This document shows positions 52,773-62,617 of a stretch of DNA of 64,000 bases, piece by piece. The first letter of the stretch is position 1. Each line of letters begins with the position of its first letter. This DNA is from Mycobacterium sp. (GTDB lineage: Bacteria > Actinomycetota > Actinomycetes > Mycobacteriales > Mycobacteriaceae). The notes beneath the pieces were generated by a model. The model had not been told where the DNA came from. It was given only the letters and a program-made list of their open reading frames with translations, and did not search any database. The stretch is taken from assembly GCA_046330795.1 (NCBI GenBank), contig JAXLSA010000009.1. One strand, written 5' to 3'. The position numbers were made by a program, and so were the translations under genes.

Positions 52773-53435
52773 TCACTCGAGGCGGATCAGCCCGTAGTCG
52801 AAGGCGTGCCGGCGGTACACCACCGAGGGCCGGTCGGATTCCTTGTCGTGGAACAGGAAGAAGTCGTGGCCGACGAGTTCCATCTCGTAGAGCGCCTCGT
52901 CCACGGTCATCGGCGTGGCCGGGTGTTCCTTGACGCGGACGATCTGGCCGGGTTCGTGGTCGTCGACGGCGTCGATCTGGGCCGGCGTGGCGACGGCGTC
53001 GGGTTCGAAGAGGTGGGGCACGACGGCCGTGGCCTCGTGCAGCGAGACCGGCGTCTTGTCGCCGTAGTGGATCTTGCGGCGGTCCTTGTGGCGGCGCAGC
53101 CGGGCTTCCAGTTTGGCGACCGCCGATTCGAGTGCGGCGTAGAAGCTATCGGCGCAGGCTTCGCCACGGACCACCGGTCCGCGCCCGCGGGCGGTGATCT
53201 CGACGTGCTGGCAGCTCTTCCGCTGGCGGCGGTTGCGCTCGTGGTCGAGTTCGACGTCGAACATGTAGATGGTCCGGTCGAAGCGTTCGAGCCGAGCGAG
53301 CTTCTCCGCGACATAGGCCCGGAAGTGGTCTGGCACCTCGACGTTGCGACCCTTCACCACCACCTCTGCGCTGGGGGCTTCGGTCTCATCCACCGCTTCG
53401 GGGGCATCCACGAATTGACTTGACATGCTTGACAT
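52773..53435 (-). CDS. hpf: Ribosome hibernation promoting factor (long HPF, Rv3241c)
   Basis: VKGRNVEVPDHFR, ELVGHDFFLF, YRRHAFDYGLI; exact start uncertain (53426/53435/53453). Confidence 0.93.
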   Translation of the reverse strand: MSSMSSQFVDAPEAVDETEAPSAEVVVKGRNVEVPDHFRAYVAEKLARLERFDRTIYMFDVELDHERNRRQRKSCQHVEITARGRGPVVRGEACADSFYAALESAVAKLEARLRRHKDRRKIHYGDKTPVSLHEATAVVPHLFEPDAVATPAQIDAVDDHEPGQIVRVKEHPATPMTVDEALYEMELVGHDFFLFHDKESDRPSVVYRRHAFDYGLIRLE

Positions 53436-53772
53436 CTCGATTCGTTGTCGCATGGCACGCGGGGCGTGCCCGGGCAATTCAGAACATGCGCTGCGAGCCT
53501 CGCGGATGATCACGCGTCACTCCGCGGCGCCAGGGGTCGAGTACCACCTCCTTCGCGCCCGCCGCAATCGCGTCTCGCGTTCATGGATCGTTGGCACCGA
53601 AGGTAGTCCTTGTTCACCCGCCGGGCCACCTTTTCGCGCACCTGTTGCCAGAACTTTCGGCCCTTGTTACAAGGACCTGCGGCACTATGCGGCAAGTTTG
53701 CGGTTGCGGCCGTCGACATACCGCACGCCAGCTGCTGTTTCGCGTGACATTTCCCAACACCCACGCCACGAA

Positions 53773-54402
53773 CTACGCGGCGGCCAGCACCAACACGCCC
53801 GCTACATGGGCCCCGGCGGCGCGCAGGACACGCACGGATTCGGCCGCGGTGGCACCGGTGGTGACGACGTCGTCGATCAGCAGGACGTCGCCGGGCACCG
53901 GGCCGGTTGTCCGGATCCGGCCGGCGATGTTGCGTTCGCGGGCCGCGCTGTCCAGGCCGACGGAGTCGCGCACGCCGGCCCGGAATCGCAGCACCGGGGC
54001 GACGCCGATCCCGGGGTGCGCGCCGGTGGCCCGGATGGCCAACCGGGTGACCGGGTCTCCCCCGCGCCGGCGTGCGGCCAGCCGGCGCGTCGGTGCGGGG
54101 ACGACGGTCAGCGGGGTGTCGAGGATGCCCCAGTTCAGCAGCCGGTGCAGCCCGAGCGCCAGGGCGTGGGCCAGCGGTGCGGTCAGGTCGCTGCGGCCGC
54201 GTTCCTTCAGGGCGACGACGGCCTGGCGGCGCGGTCCGGCGTGGCGGCCCAGCGCGAACACCGGGACGTCCGGGTCGACGCGGGGGGTGACGACGTGCGG
54301 CTGGTCGTCGGCGACGGTCAGCGCGGCCGCGCAGTCGGGGCACCACCGGGTGGCCGGCGCCCCGCAGCCGCCGCACTGCAGCGGCAGGAGCAGGTCGAGC
54401 AT
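53773..54402 (-). CDS. comF: ComF family phosphoribosyltransferase-like protein (Rv3242c)
   Basis: CGGC...WCPDC zinc finger, LIDDVVTTGATA; CACACT 6 nt before the ATG. Confidence 0.9.
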   Translation of the reverse strand: MLDLLLPLQCGGCGAPATRWCPDCAAALTVADDQPHVVTPRVDPDVPVFALGRHAGPRRQAVVALKERGRSDLTAPLAHALALGLHRLLNWGILDTPLTVVPAPTRRLAARRRGGDPVTRLAIRATGAHPGIGVAPVLRFRAGVRDSVGLDSAARERNIAGRIRTTGPVPGDVLLIDDVVTTGATAAESVRVLRAAGAHVAGVLVLAAA

Positions 54403-54464
54403 GGCGTCAGTGTGGCCCGCCGGTACGACACGGGCCGCCGTGACGGACATCAGCATTCCCTTCG

Positions 54465-54509
54465 ATGTACGCCGTGGACATGGGCAGCTGCGGCTCCGGA
54501 ACCTAACCT
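54465..54509 (+). promoter_or_regulatory. Leaderless gabT promoter with upstream palindrome
   Basis: ATGTAC-GCCGT-GGACAT (54465-54481); TAACCT (54504-54509) 6 nt before the ATG. Confidence 0.5.
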
Positions 54510-54515
54510 GCACAC

Positions 54516-55859
54516 ATGACCAACACCCTGACCCGCCTTCCGCAGGCGCGCCGGATCCGCACCGAGATCCCCGGACCACGCTCCCGCGAACTGGCGGCCC
54601 GCCGGGCGGCGGCACTGCCGGCCGGCTTGGTCAGCAGCGCCGGCGTCTATGCGGCGGAAGCCGGCGGCGGTGTGCTCGTCGACGTCGACGGAAACTCGTT
54701 CATCGACCTCGGTAGCGGCATCGCGGTGACGACCGTCGGCAACTCCGCACCGGCCGTCGCCGCCCGGGCGGGCGAACAACTGACCCGGTTCACCCACACC
54801 TGCTTCCTGGCCACCCCGTACGAGGGCTACCTCGACGTCGCCGAGCGGCTCAACGCGCTGACCCCCGGCGATCACGTGAAGCGCACAGCGTTGTTCAGCA
54901 CCGGCGCCGAGGCCGTCGAGAACGCCGTCAAGTACGCCCGGGCGGCCACCGGACGGCCCGCGGTGGTGGTGTTCGACCACGCCTTTCACGGTCGCTCGCT
55001 GCTGGCGATGACGATGACCGCCAAGAATCAGCCCTACAAGAAGTCGTTCGGTCCGTTCGCCCCCGAGGTGTACCGCGCGCCGATGGCCTACCCGTACCGC
55101 TGGCCGTCGGGACCGGACAACTGTGCCGCCGAGGCGTTCGAGATGTTCGCCCAGCTCGTCGATGCGCAACTGGGCGCCGACGCGGTCGCTGCCGTGGTGG
55201 TCGAACCCATTCAGGGCGAGGGCGGGTTCATCGTGCCCGCGGCGGGGTTCCTGCCCAGGGTCGCCGAGTTCTGTCGCGACCGCGGCATCCTGCTGGTGGC
55301 CGATGAGGTGCAGACCGGGATCGCGCGCACCGGCGCCTGGTTCGCCTGCGAGCACGAGGGCCTGGTGCCCGATCTGATCACCACCGCCAAGGGGCTGGCC
55401 GGCGGGCTGCCGCTGGCCGCGGTCACCGGCCGCGCCGAGGTGATGGACGCCGCACACCAGGGCGGGATCGGCGGCACCTACGCCGGTAATCCGGTGGCGT
55501 GCGCAGCGGCACTCGGGGTCTTCGAGGAGATCGAGTCCGGTGGCCTGATCGAGCGCGCCCGCGCGATCGGCGAGCTCATGGTGTCCGAGTTGCGCGGCAT
55601 CGCCGCAGCGACGGGCGTCATCGGCGAGATCCGCGGCCGCGGCGCGATGATCGCCGCCGAACTGGTGCGTCCCGGCACCCGCGAACCCGACCCGGCCGCG
55701 GTGGCCGCCGTCGCCCGGTACTGCCACGACAACGGCGTATTGACCCTGACCGCAGGAACTTTCGGGAACGTCCTGCGCTTCCTGCCTCCGCTGGCCATCT
55801 CCGACGAGCTCCTCCTGGACGCCTTCGGCGTGCTGCGCGAGGGCTTCGCCGCACTCTGA
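54516..55859 (+). CDS. gabT: 4-aminobutyrate/5-aminovalerate aminotransferase (class III PLP)
   Basis: TGAEAVENAVK, FHGRSL, EPIQGEGG, DEVQTG, TAKGLAGGLPL, GGTYAGNP. Confidence 0.9.
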   Translation: MTNTLTRLPQARRIRTEIPGPRSRELAARRAAALPAGLVSSAGVYAAEAGGGVLVDVDGNSFIDLGSGIAVTTVGNSAPAVAARAGEQLTRFTHTCFLATPYEGYLDVAERLNALTPGDHVKRTALFSTGAEAVENAVKYARAATGRPAVVVFDHAFHGRSLLAMTMTAKNQPYKKSFGPFAPEVYRAPMAYPYRWPSGPDNCAAEAFEMFAQLVDAQLGADAVAAVVVEPIQGEGGFIVPAAGFLPRVAEFCRDRGILLVADEVQTGIARTGAWFACEHEGLVPDLITTAKGLAGGLPLAAVTGRAEVMDAAHQGGIGGTYAGNPVACAAALGVFEEIESGGLIERARAIGELMVSELRGIAAATGVIGEIRGRGAMIAAELVRPGTREPDPAAVAAVARYCHDNGVLTLTAGTFGNVLRFLPPLAISDELLLDAFGVLREGFAAL

Positions 55860-55873
55860 GAAAGGACCCCCAC

Positions 55874-57067
55874 ATGACTGCCACGATCGCTCCCGCCACG
55901 GACACCCGAGGCCCGCTGGAACTGTTCGACATCGACCGACTGCTGGACGCCGACGAACGTGACATCGCCGCGACCGTGCGCCGTTTCGTCGACACCCGGC
56001 TGCGCCCCGACGTCGCTGAGTGGTTCGAATCCGCTACCCTGCCAAAGGAATTGGCCAAGGAGTTCGGCGACCTCGGACTGCTCGGCATGCACCTGACCGG
56101 CTACGGCTGCGCCGGCACCAACGCCGTCAGCTACGGTCTGGCCTGTCTCGAGCTCGAAGCCGGTGACAGCGGCTTCCGCAGCTTCGTCTCGGTCCAGGGT
56201 TCGCTGGCGATGTTCTCCATCCACCGGTACGGCTCCGAGGAACAGAAGAACGAGTGGCTGCCGCGGATGGCCGCCGGTACGGCCATCGGCTGCTTCGGCC
56301 TGACCGAACCCGATTTCGGCTCGAACCCGGCCGGCATGCGCACCCGCGCAAGGCGCGACGGCGCCGACTGGGTACTCGACGGCACCAAGATGTGGATCAC
56401 CAACGGCAACCTCGCCGATGTCGCAACCGTGTGGGCACAGACCGACGACGGAGTGCGCGGCTTCCTGGTGCCCACGGACACCAAGGGTTTCACCGCCAAC
56501 AAGATCACCCGCAAGCTGTCGCTGCGCGCCTCGATCACCTCCGAACTGGTGCTCGATAACGTACGACTGCCCGCCTCGGCGCAGCTGCCGCTGGCGCAGG
56601 GCCTCGGCGCCCCGCTGTCATGCCTGAACGAGGCCCGGTTCGGCATCGTGTTCGGCGCCCTGGGCGCCGCCCGGGACAGCCTGGAGACCACCCTGGCCTA
56701 CACGCAGTCCCGCGAGGTGTTCGACCGGCCACTGTCGAGTTATCAACTCTCCCAGGAGAAGCTGGCCAACATGACCCTCGAGCTCGGCAAGGGCATGCTG
56801 CTCGCCCTACACCTCGGGCGCATCAAGGACGCCGAAGGTGTGCGGCCCGAGCAGGTCAGCCTCGGCAAGCTCAACAACGTCCGCGAGGCCCTGGCGATCG
56901 CCCGGGAATGCCGAACCCTGTTGGGCGGCAGCGGTATCACACTGGAGTACTCACCGCTGCGGCATGCCAACAACCTGGAATCGGTGCTCACCTACGAGGG
57001 CACCTCCGAGATGCACCTGCTGTCCATCGGCAAGGCACTCACCGGGCACGCGGCGTTCCGGTCATGA
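55874..57067 (+). CDS. Acyl-CoA dehydrogenase, glutaryl-CoA dehydrogenase-like
   Basis: DSGFRSFVSVQGSL, CFGLTEPDFGSNP, LLGGSGIT.EY...RH..NLE...TYEGT. Confidence 0.85.
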   Translation: MTATIAPATDTRGPLELFDIDRLLDADERDIAATVRRFVDTRLRPDVAEWFESATLPKELAKEFGDLGLLGMHLTGYGCAGTNAVSYGLACLELEAGDSGFRSFVSVQGSLAMFSIHRYGSEEQKNEWLPRMAAGTAIGCFGLTEPDFGSNPAGMRTRARRDGADWVLDGTKMWITNGNLADVATVWAQTDDGVRGFLVPTDTKGFTANKITRKLSLRASITSELVLDNVRLPASAQLPLAQGLGAPLSCLNEARFGIVFGALGAARDSLETTLAYTQSREVFDRPLSSYQLSQEKLANMTLELGKGMLLALHLGRIKDAEGVRPEQVSLGKLNNVREALAIARECRTLLGGSGITLEYSPLRHANNLESVLTYEGTSEMHLLSIGKALTGHAAFRS

Positions 57068-58521
57068 CGGTCGCGATCCGCCAGCTGCTGGCCGGGCAAT
57101 GGCGCGACGGCGCCGGCGACCCGTTGCGCAGCCTGAACCCGGCGCGTCCCGACGTCGTGGTGGCCGAGGGCGGACTCGCCGGCGCGGCCGATGTCGACGC
57201 CGGCGTTGCCGCTGCGCGCGACGCCCTGCCCGGCTGGGCGCGGACGCCGATCCACGAGCGCGGCGCGGTGCTGTCGGCGGCCGCCGACGTGGTCGACGCC
57301 AACGCCGAGGCGTGGGGCGTCGAGCTCGCCGCGGAGGAGGGCAAGACCCGGGCCGAAGGTGTCGGCGAGGTCCGCCGGGCCGCGCAGATCCTGCGCTACT
57401 ACGGCAACGAGGGCGACCGCCAGGCCGGCGAGATCTACGCCTCCCCGCGCGCCGGCGAGCAGATCCTGGTGACCCGCAAGCCGATCGGCGTGGTCGGCGT
57501 CATCACACCGTTCAACTTCCCGATCGCGATACCGGCGTGGAAGATCGCCCCTGCGCTGGTGTACGGCAATGCCGTGGTGTGGAAGCCCGCGAGTACCGTG
57601 CCGTTGCTGGCGATGCGGCTCGCGCAGGCACTCACGCAGGCCGGGCTGCCCGCCGGCGTGCTCGGTCTGCTGGTCGGCGGCACCGATGTCGGGGACGCCA
57701 TTGTCGGTCACCCCGGGATCGATGCGCTGACGTTCACCGGGTCCACCGGTGTGGGCCGGCGCATCGCCGCGGCGGCGGCCGCCCGCGGGATCCCGGCGCA
57801 GGCCGAGATGGGCGGCAAGAATGCCGCCGTGGTGCTCGACGACGCCGACCTCGATCTCGCGGTCGATCAGGTGATGGCCGGCGCGTTCCGTTCGACGGGC
57901 CAGAAGTGCACCGCCACTTCACGTCTCATCGTCACCGACGGTATCGCCGACCGGTTCCTGGCGGCGCTGACCGAGCGCGCCCGAGCGCTCACGGTGGGTG
58001 ACCCGACCGACGACGCCACCCAGATGGGCCCGGTCGTCAGTGCGGACGCACGGCGCACGATCCAGGCCGGGATCGACGCCGCCACCGCGCAGGGCGCCAC
58101 GGTGCTGGCCGGCGGGGAGCCGTATGCCGACGGCCTGCTGGCGACGGGCTTCTTCGTCCCGCCGACCGTGGTCGAACTCGGTGCCGCGGCCGACGTCTGG
58201 ACCGACGAGCTGTTCGGCCCGGTGCTCGCGGTCCGCCGGGCCAGCGGCGCCGAGGCGGCCTTCGCCCTGGCCGACGACAGCGAGTTCGGGTTGTCCGCAG
58301 CGGTATTCACCCAGGACCTCACCCGGGCACTGCAGGCCGTCGAGCACATCGATGTCGGTGTGCTGCACATCAATTCGGAGTCGGCCGGCGCGGATCCGCA
58401 TGTGCCCTTCGGTGGGGCGAAGAAGAGCGGGCTGGGCCCCAAGGAGCAGGGCGGGGCAGCCCGGGAGTTCTTCACCCACACCACCACGGTGTATCTGCGC
58501 GGCGGGACGCCCGGCGCATGA
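57064..58521 (+). CDS. Aldehyde dehydrogenase (semialdehyde DH type)
   Basis: PFNFP, FTGS, EMGGKN, GQKCTATS, ELFGP. Confidence 0.92.
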   Translation: MTVAIRQLLAGQWRDGAGDPLRSLNPARPDVVVAEGGLAGAADVDAGVAAARDALPGWARTPIHERGAVLSAAADVVDANAEAWGVELAAEEGKTRAEGVGEVRRAAQILRYYGNEGDRQAGEIYASPRAGEQILVTRKPIGVVGVITPFNFPIAIPAWKIAPALVYGNAVVWKPASTVPLLAMRLAQALTQAGLPAGVLGLLVGGTDVGDAIVGHPGIDALTFTGSTGVGRRIAAAAAARGIPAQAEMGGKNAAVVLDDADLDLAVDQVMAGAFRSTGQKCTATSRLIVTDGIADRFLAALTERARALTVGDPTDDATQMGPVVSADARRTIQAGIDAATAQGATVLAGGEPYADGLLATGFFVPPTVVELGAAADVWTDELFGPVLAVRRASGAEAAFALADDSEFGLSAAVFTQDLTRALQAVEHIDVGVLHINSESAGADPHVPFGGAKKSGLGPKEQGGAAREFFTHTTTVYLRGGTPGA

Positions 58522-59630
58522 GCGCCGGCGCACTGGACGGCATCGTCGTCGTCGACTTCAGCCGGGTGCTGGCCGGGCCGTACGCGACGATGATGCTGGG
58601 CGACTTCGGCGCCGAGGTGATCAAGATCGAGCGGCCCGGTACGGGCGACGACACCAGGCACTGGGGCCCGCCGTACGACTCCGCCGGTGTGGCAACGTAT
58701 TTCAATTCCGTCAACCGCAACAAGCGGTCGGTGGTGCTCGATCTCGCCGACCGGGCCGATCAGCAGCGGGCCCGGGAACTGGTGGCCGGGGCCGATATCG
58801 TGGTGGAAAACTTCCGGCCCGGCACCATGGAGAAGCTGCACCTGGGCTATCCGGACCTGGTCGACCTGCGCCCTGACCTGATCTACTGCTCGATCACAGG
58901 TTTCGGCCACGGCGGCGGTGCCGCCCTCCCGGGCTACGACCTGTTGGTCCAGGCCGTCGGCGGGCTGATGAGTATCACCGGCACCGGGCCGGGCGATCCC
59001 ACCAAGGCCGGCGTGGCCCTGGTCGACGTGCTGGCCGGGTTGCATGCACTCAGCGGTATCCTGGCCGCACTGGCGTATCGGGACCGCACCGGGCAGGGCC
59101 AGCGGGTGGACACCAATCTGCTTGCGGTGCTGTTGTCCTCGCTCGTGAACCAGGCCTCGGGCTATCTCGGTGCCGGGTCGGTGCCCGGCATCATGGGCAA
59201 CCGGCACCCGAGCATCGCGCCGTACCAGGTGTTCGACACCGCCGACCGCCCGATCACCGTCGCGGTCGGCAACGACAAGCAGTTCGGCGCGTTCTGCGGG
59301 GCGATCGGACTGCCGGAGCTGGCGGCCGATCCGCGGTTCGCGACCAACCCGCAGCGGGTGGCCAATCGGGATGCGTTGTGCGCGTTGCTCGAACCGGCGT
59401 TGAAGGCGGCCGGCGCCGATCACTGGTACCAGCGGCTCACCGCGGTCGGCGTGCCGGCCGGTCCCATCAACGACGTCGCCGAGGCGTTCGCGTTCGCCCG
59501 TTCGCTGGGGATGGAGGCCGTCGTCACCGTTCCCGGCGGCACCGCGCCACAGGTCGCCAACCCGGTGTCCATGTCGGCGACGCCGGTGAGTTACCGCAGT
59601 GGCCCGCCGCGGCTGGGTTCCGGTGACTGA
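58518..59630 (+). CDS. Family III CoA transferase (CaiB/BaiF; succinyl-CoA:glutarate CoA-transferase-like)
   Basis: RVLAGPY...LGDFGAEVIKIE, NRNKRS, ENFRPG, GYD...QA. Confidence 0.9.
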   Translation: MSAGALDGIVVVDFSRVLAGPYATMMLGDFGAEVIKIERPGTGDDTRHWGPPYDSAGVATYFNSVNRNKRSVVLDLADRADQQRARELVAGADIVVENFRPGTMEKLHLGYPDLVDLRPDLIYCSITGFGHGGGAALPGYDLLVQAVGGLMSITGTGPGDPTKAGVALVDVLAGLHALSGILAALAYRDRTGQGQRVDTNLLAVLLSSLVNQASGYLGAGSVPGIMGNRHPSIAPYQVFDTADRPITVAVGNDKQFGAFCGAIGLPELAADPRFATNPQRVANRDALCALLEPALKAAGADHWYQRLTAVGVPAGPINDVAEAFAFARSLGMEAVVTVPGGTAPQVANPVSMSATPVSYRSGPPRLGSGD

Positions 59631-61081
59631 CCGCGTTCGGCCAGCAGCAGATCGGCCTTGACCGCCAGCCACAGTTGCGCGCGGCTGTCGGCGGACTCCA
59701 GTTCGTCGCCCAGCAGGGCCCGAATGCGACGCATCCGGTTGCGGACGGTGTGCCGGTGGATGCCCAGATCGACGGCAGCCGAATCCATCTGACCGTTGTG
59801 GCGCAGGTATGCCGCCAGGGTGGGCGACAGTTCGCGCTCGCCACGCAGGGCGGCCAGGGGCTCGGCGAACACCCGCAGCTCCGCGGTGGTGCGGCCGCCG
59901 AGCAGCATTCCGAATGTGCTCAGCTCGTCGAATGCGGTCAGTCCACCGCCGGCGCCGGCGCGGGCCGCGGTGCGCGCCTGCTCGGCGCCCACAGCCAGCT
60001 CGGCCAGACCCACCGGCCGCGACACCCCGCCGCCGGCGGCACCCGAGAGCCGCTGCCCACTGCCGGCGGCCGGCACCACCAGCACGATGTCGTCGCCGTC
60101 GGGGGCCATCAGATACGGGCCCGCGCCGAACAGCCGGCCCACCCGCTGCTGCGCGGTCAGTACCGGACCGGTTCCCGCCAGCACGGCCACCGTCACCTCC
60201 GCGGTCGGATCGAAGCCGAAGTAGCGCAGCACCCCGTCATCGACAATGCCTGGGCCGCTGAGCAATTGGCGGGTGACCGCGGCGCGCAACAGGTCCTCGG
60301 CGTCCACCATCCGGGCGGGCTTCTCAACGGCAATCGCGACCAATGCCACCGCATGGGCCAGCAGTAGCCGGTCGGCGTTCGACATGGGTTCCCCGGTGCG
60401 CACCGCCAGGTGCCCGCGCACCGGCTGCGCCGCCCGCAGTGCCTGCACGGTCACCAGGTCCTCGCCGTCGGAGACCACCCAACCCGCCCCGGGCCGCTTC
60501 GAGTCCGCCAGGACCGACAGCAGGCGGGGCTGCGCGGGCCCGGCGCCGGCCAGTGCCGTGCCGTCGGCGCCGGCCACCACCACGGTGGCCGACAGGGCAT
60601 CGGCCAGCGCGGCCACCACCGCGGGGATGCCGCCGCGCAGCGTCGCGCGGGCCAGTACCTGCTGACGGTCGGCGACCCGCTGTACCGCCGAGAGCTCCTC
60701 GGCCCGTAGCGCGTCGACGACCACCCGGGTGATCGCGATGAACGGCGTCGACGGCGGCACCGCCAGAACCGGGATGCCCAGTTCGTTCCCCGCGCGCAAC
60801 ACACCGGCGGGCACCGCCCGCAGGGTGGTGCCGGTGTCGACCGCCAGCGCCGCGGTGCCGGCATCGGCCAGCCGTTGGACGTAGGCGCGCTGGGCCGCCG
60901 CGTCGGCGCCGAGGTTGATGCCGGTGGTCATCACCAGTTCGCCGCCGGCCAGGTACGGCGCCGGGTCGGCCAGTTCGATGGCGTGCGCCCAGGCGATCTC
61001 GCGGTCGGCGGCCTGCGCACCCGCAGCCAGCGTCAACCCCAGGGCCTGGTGACCCGCCAGATCGCGTGCGGTGATCGCCAT
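59591..61081 (-). CDS. PucR family transcriptional regulator
   Basis: N-terminal WAHAIELADP..YL.GGELVMTTG; C-terminal HTH LGIHRHTVRNR. Confidence 0.92.
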   Translation of the reverse strand: MAITARDLAGHQALGLTLAAGAQAADREIAWAHAIELADPAPYLAGGELVMTTGINLGADAAAQRAYVQRLADAGTAALAVDTGTTLRAVPAGVLRAGNELGIPVLAVPPSTPFIAITRVVVDALRAEELSAVQRVADRQQVLARATLRGGIPAVVAALADALSATVVVAGADGTALAGAGPAQPRLLSVLADSKRPGAGWVVSDGEDLVTVQALRAAQPVRGHLAVRTGEPMSNADRLLLAHAVALVAIAVEKPARMVDAEDLLRAAVTRQLLSGPGIVDDGVLRYFGFDPTAEVTVAVLAGTGPVLTAQQRVGRLFGAGPYLMAPDGDDIVLVVPAAGSGQRLSGAAGGGVSRPVGLAELAVGAEQARTAARAGAGGGLTAFDELSTFGMLLGGRTTAELRVFAEPLAALRGERELSPTLAAYLRHNGQMDSAAVDLGIHRHTVRNRMRRIRALLGDELESADSRAQLWLAVKADLLLAERGQSPEPSRGGPLR

Positions 61082-61091
61082 CCGAGCAGTT

Positions 61092-61907
61092 CTACTCGCT
61101 GCCCGCCCGAACGGCCACCCCCTGCAGCCGCGCGGCCGCTGCGGCCTCGCAGGCCGTGACGAATGCGTCGAACAGTCGCAGCCGGTCGGCCGCGGGGCCG
61201 TCGTCGTCCTCGGGATGCCACTGCACACCCAGATACCAGCGATCCGGGTCCTCGATGCCCTCGACGATCCCGTCGAGTGCGCGCGCCGCGACCACCAGAC
61301 CGTCACCGACCCGGTCGACGGCCTGGTGATGACCCGAGCGTCCGATGATGCGGTCGGTTCCCAGGATCGACGCGAGCCGGGTTCCGGCGACGATGTCGAT
61401 CGGCTCGTCGACGAATTCCGGTTCGCCCGGCGCCCCGTGGTGCAGCACGTAGTCGGCGATGTCCCCGATGATGCTGCCACCGCGGGCTACGTTGAGCAGT
61501 TGCGAGCCGCGGCAGATGCCGAACACGGGCCGGCCGGCGCGCTCGGCCGCTGCGATGGCGGCCAGCGCGTCGCGGTCGGCCCGCAGATCCACGCCGTATG
61601 CTTTCGGATTCACCGCCGCGCCGTAGCACGATCCGTCGATGTCACCGCCGCCGAGCAGCATCAGGCCATCGAATTCTGCTGCACCGGATGGGTTTTCGAG
61701 CGGCTCGGTGGTGTCCCACAGTTCATGTCGGACGCCCAGCTGCACCAGCGTGGTGAGGGCGACGCGGGTGAACCGGGTGATCAGCTCGGCGTCGGACGCG
61801 CTGATGTCGGGATAGTTCAACGAGGCCAGGACGCAGATCCGGGCGCTGGGCGTATACGGTGGCCGCACCTGTGGGATGACGTCCTCGCGACGGACCCGGA
61901 AAGTCAT
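61092..61907 (-). CDS. Gamma-glutamyl-amide hydrolase (peptidase C26/PuuD-like), copy 2
   Basis: GGGDID, GICRGSQLLN (Cys), HHQAVD, QWHPE (His-Glu). Confidence 0.88.
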   Translation of the reverse strand: MTFRVRREDVIPQVRPPYTPSARICVLASLNYPDISASDAELITRFTRVALTTLVQLGVRHELWDTTEPLENPSGAAEFDGLMLLGGGDIDGSCYGAAVNPKAYGVDLRADRDALAAIAAAERAGRPVFGICRGSQLLNVARGGSIIGDIADYVLHHGAPGEPEFVDEPIDIVAGTRLASILGTDRIIGRSGHHQAVDRVGDGLVVAARALDGIVEGIEDPDRWYLGVQWHPEDDDGPAADRLRLFDAFVTACEAAAAARLQGVAVRAGSE

Positions 61908-62617
61908 TGCTGCTCCTGACGTTTGGCTGCCCGGTCCACCAGGTCGGCGAACAGTGCGGCGTCGGTGGTCGACGTGGCGTGGCGGTCCTCGGGGTGCCAC
62001 TGCACGGCGAGGATGTCGGCATGCCGGTGCTCGACGGCCTCGACGATCCCGTCGGGCGCCACCGCGGTGACCACCAGATCGGCGCCGACGCGGTCGATCG
62101 CCTGGTGGTGATAGGACGAGACGTCGATGCTCTCGGCCCCGAGGACGGCGTGCAGCCGGGATCCGGGTGTCACGCGAACGTCGTGAACGGCGTTGTGGTG
62201 CAACGCCTCTTCGTCGGCCACGTCCTGGTCCAGCGTGCCGCCGGTGGCGACGTTGAGGATCTGCATGCCGCGGCAGATCGCCAGGGTCGGCAGGCCCAGC
62301 GCGATCACCGCGCGGGTGACGCCGAGGTCGAGGTCGTCCTGGAAGGCCACGGTGTCGACGGTGAGGGGGGAGGGGTCGGCACCGTAGCGGCAGGGCTCGA
62401 CGTCGGCGCCACCCGGCAGCAGCACACCGCCGAATCGCGACAGTCGTTCCGGTAGTTCGGCCAGCGGATCGGCGGCCGGGCCGTGTACCACCACCGGCTC
62501 ACCGCCGGCGGCCCAGATCGCTTCGCACATCGCCTCGGCGGCCAGGGTGGCCGAGTAGCGCAGGATCGGTACCTGTGCGGCCCGCCGTCCCACCACGGCC
62601 ACCAGCGGACGCGACAT
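61904..62617 (-). CDS. Gamma-glutamyl-amide hydrolase (peptidase C26/PuuD-like), copy 1
   Basis: LPGGADV, AICRGMQILNVA.GGTL.Q, SYHHQA, QWHPE. Confidence 0.9.
   Translation of the reverse strand: MSRPLVAVVGRRAAQVPILRYSATLAAEAMCEAIWAAGGEPVVVHGPAADPLAELPERLSRFGGVLLPGGADVEPCRYGADPSPLTVDTVAFQDDLDLGVTRAVIALGLPTLAICRGMQILNVATGGTLDQDVADEEALHHNAVHDVRVTPGSRLHAVLGAESIDVSSYHHQAIDRVGADLVVTAVAPDGIVEAVEHRHADILAVQWHPEDRHATSTTDAALFADLVDRAAKRQEQQ

Noticed and set aside
53425-54715. Alternative ORFs of 288-374 aa across comF and its flanks
   Set aside because: No motifs; explained by comF antisense or alternative frames.
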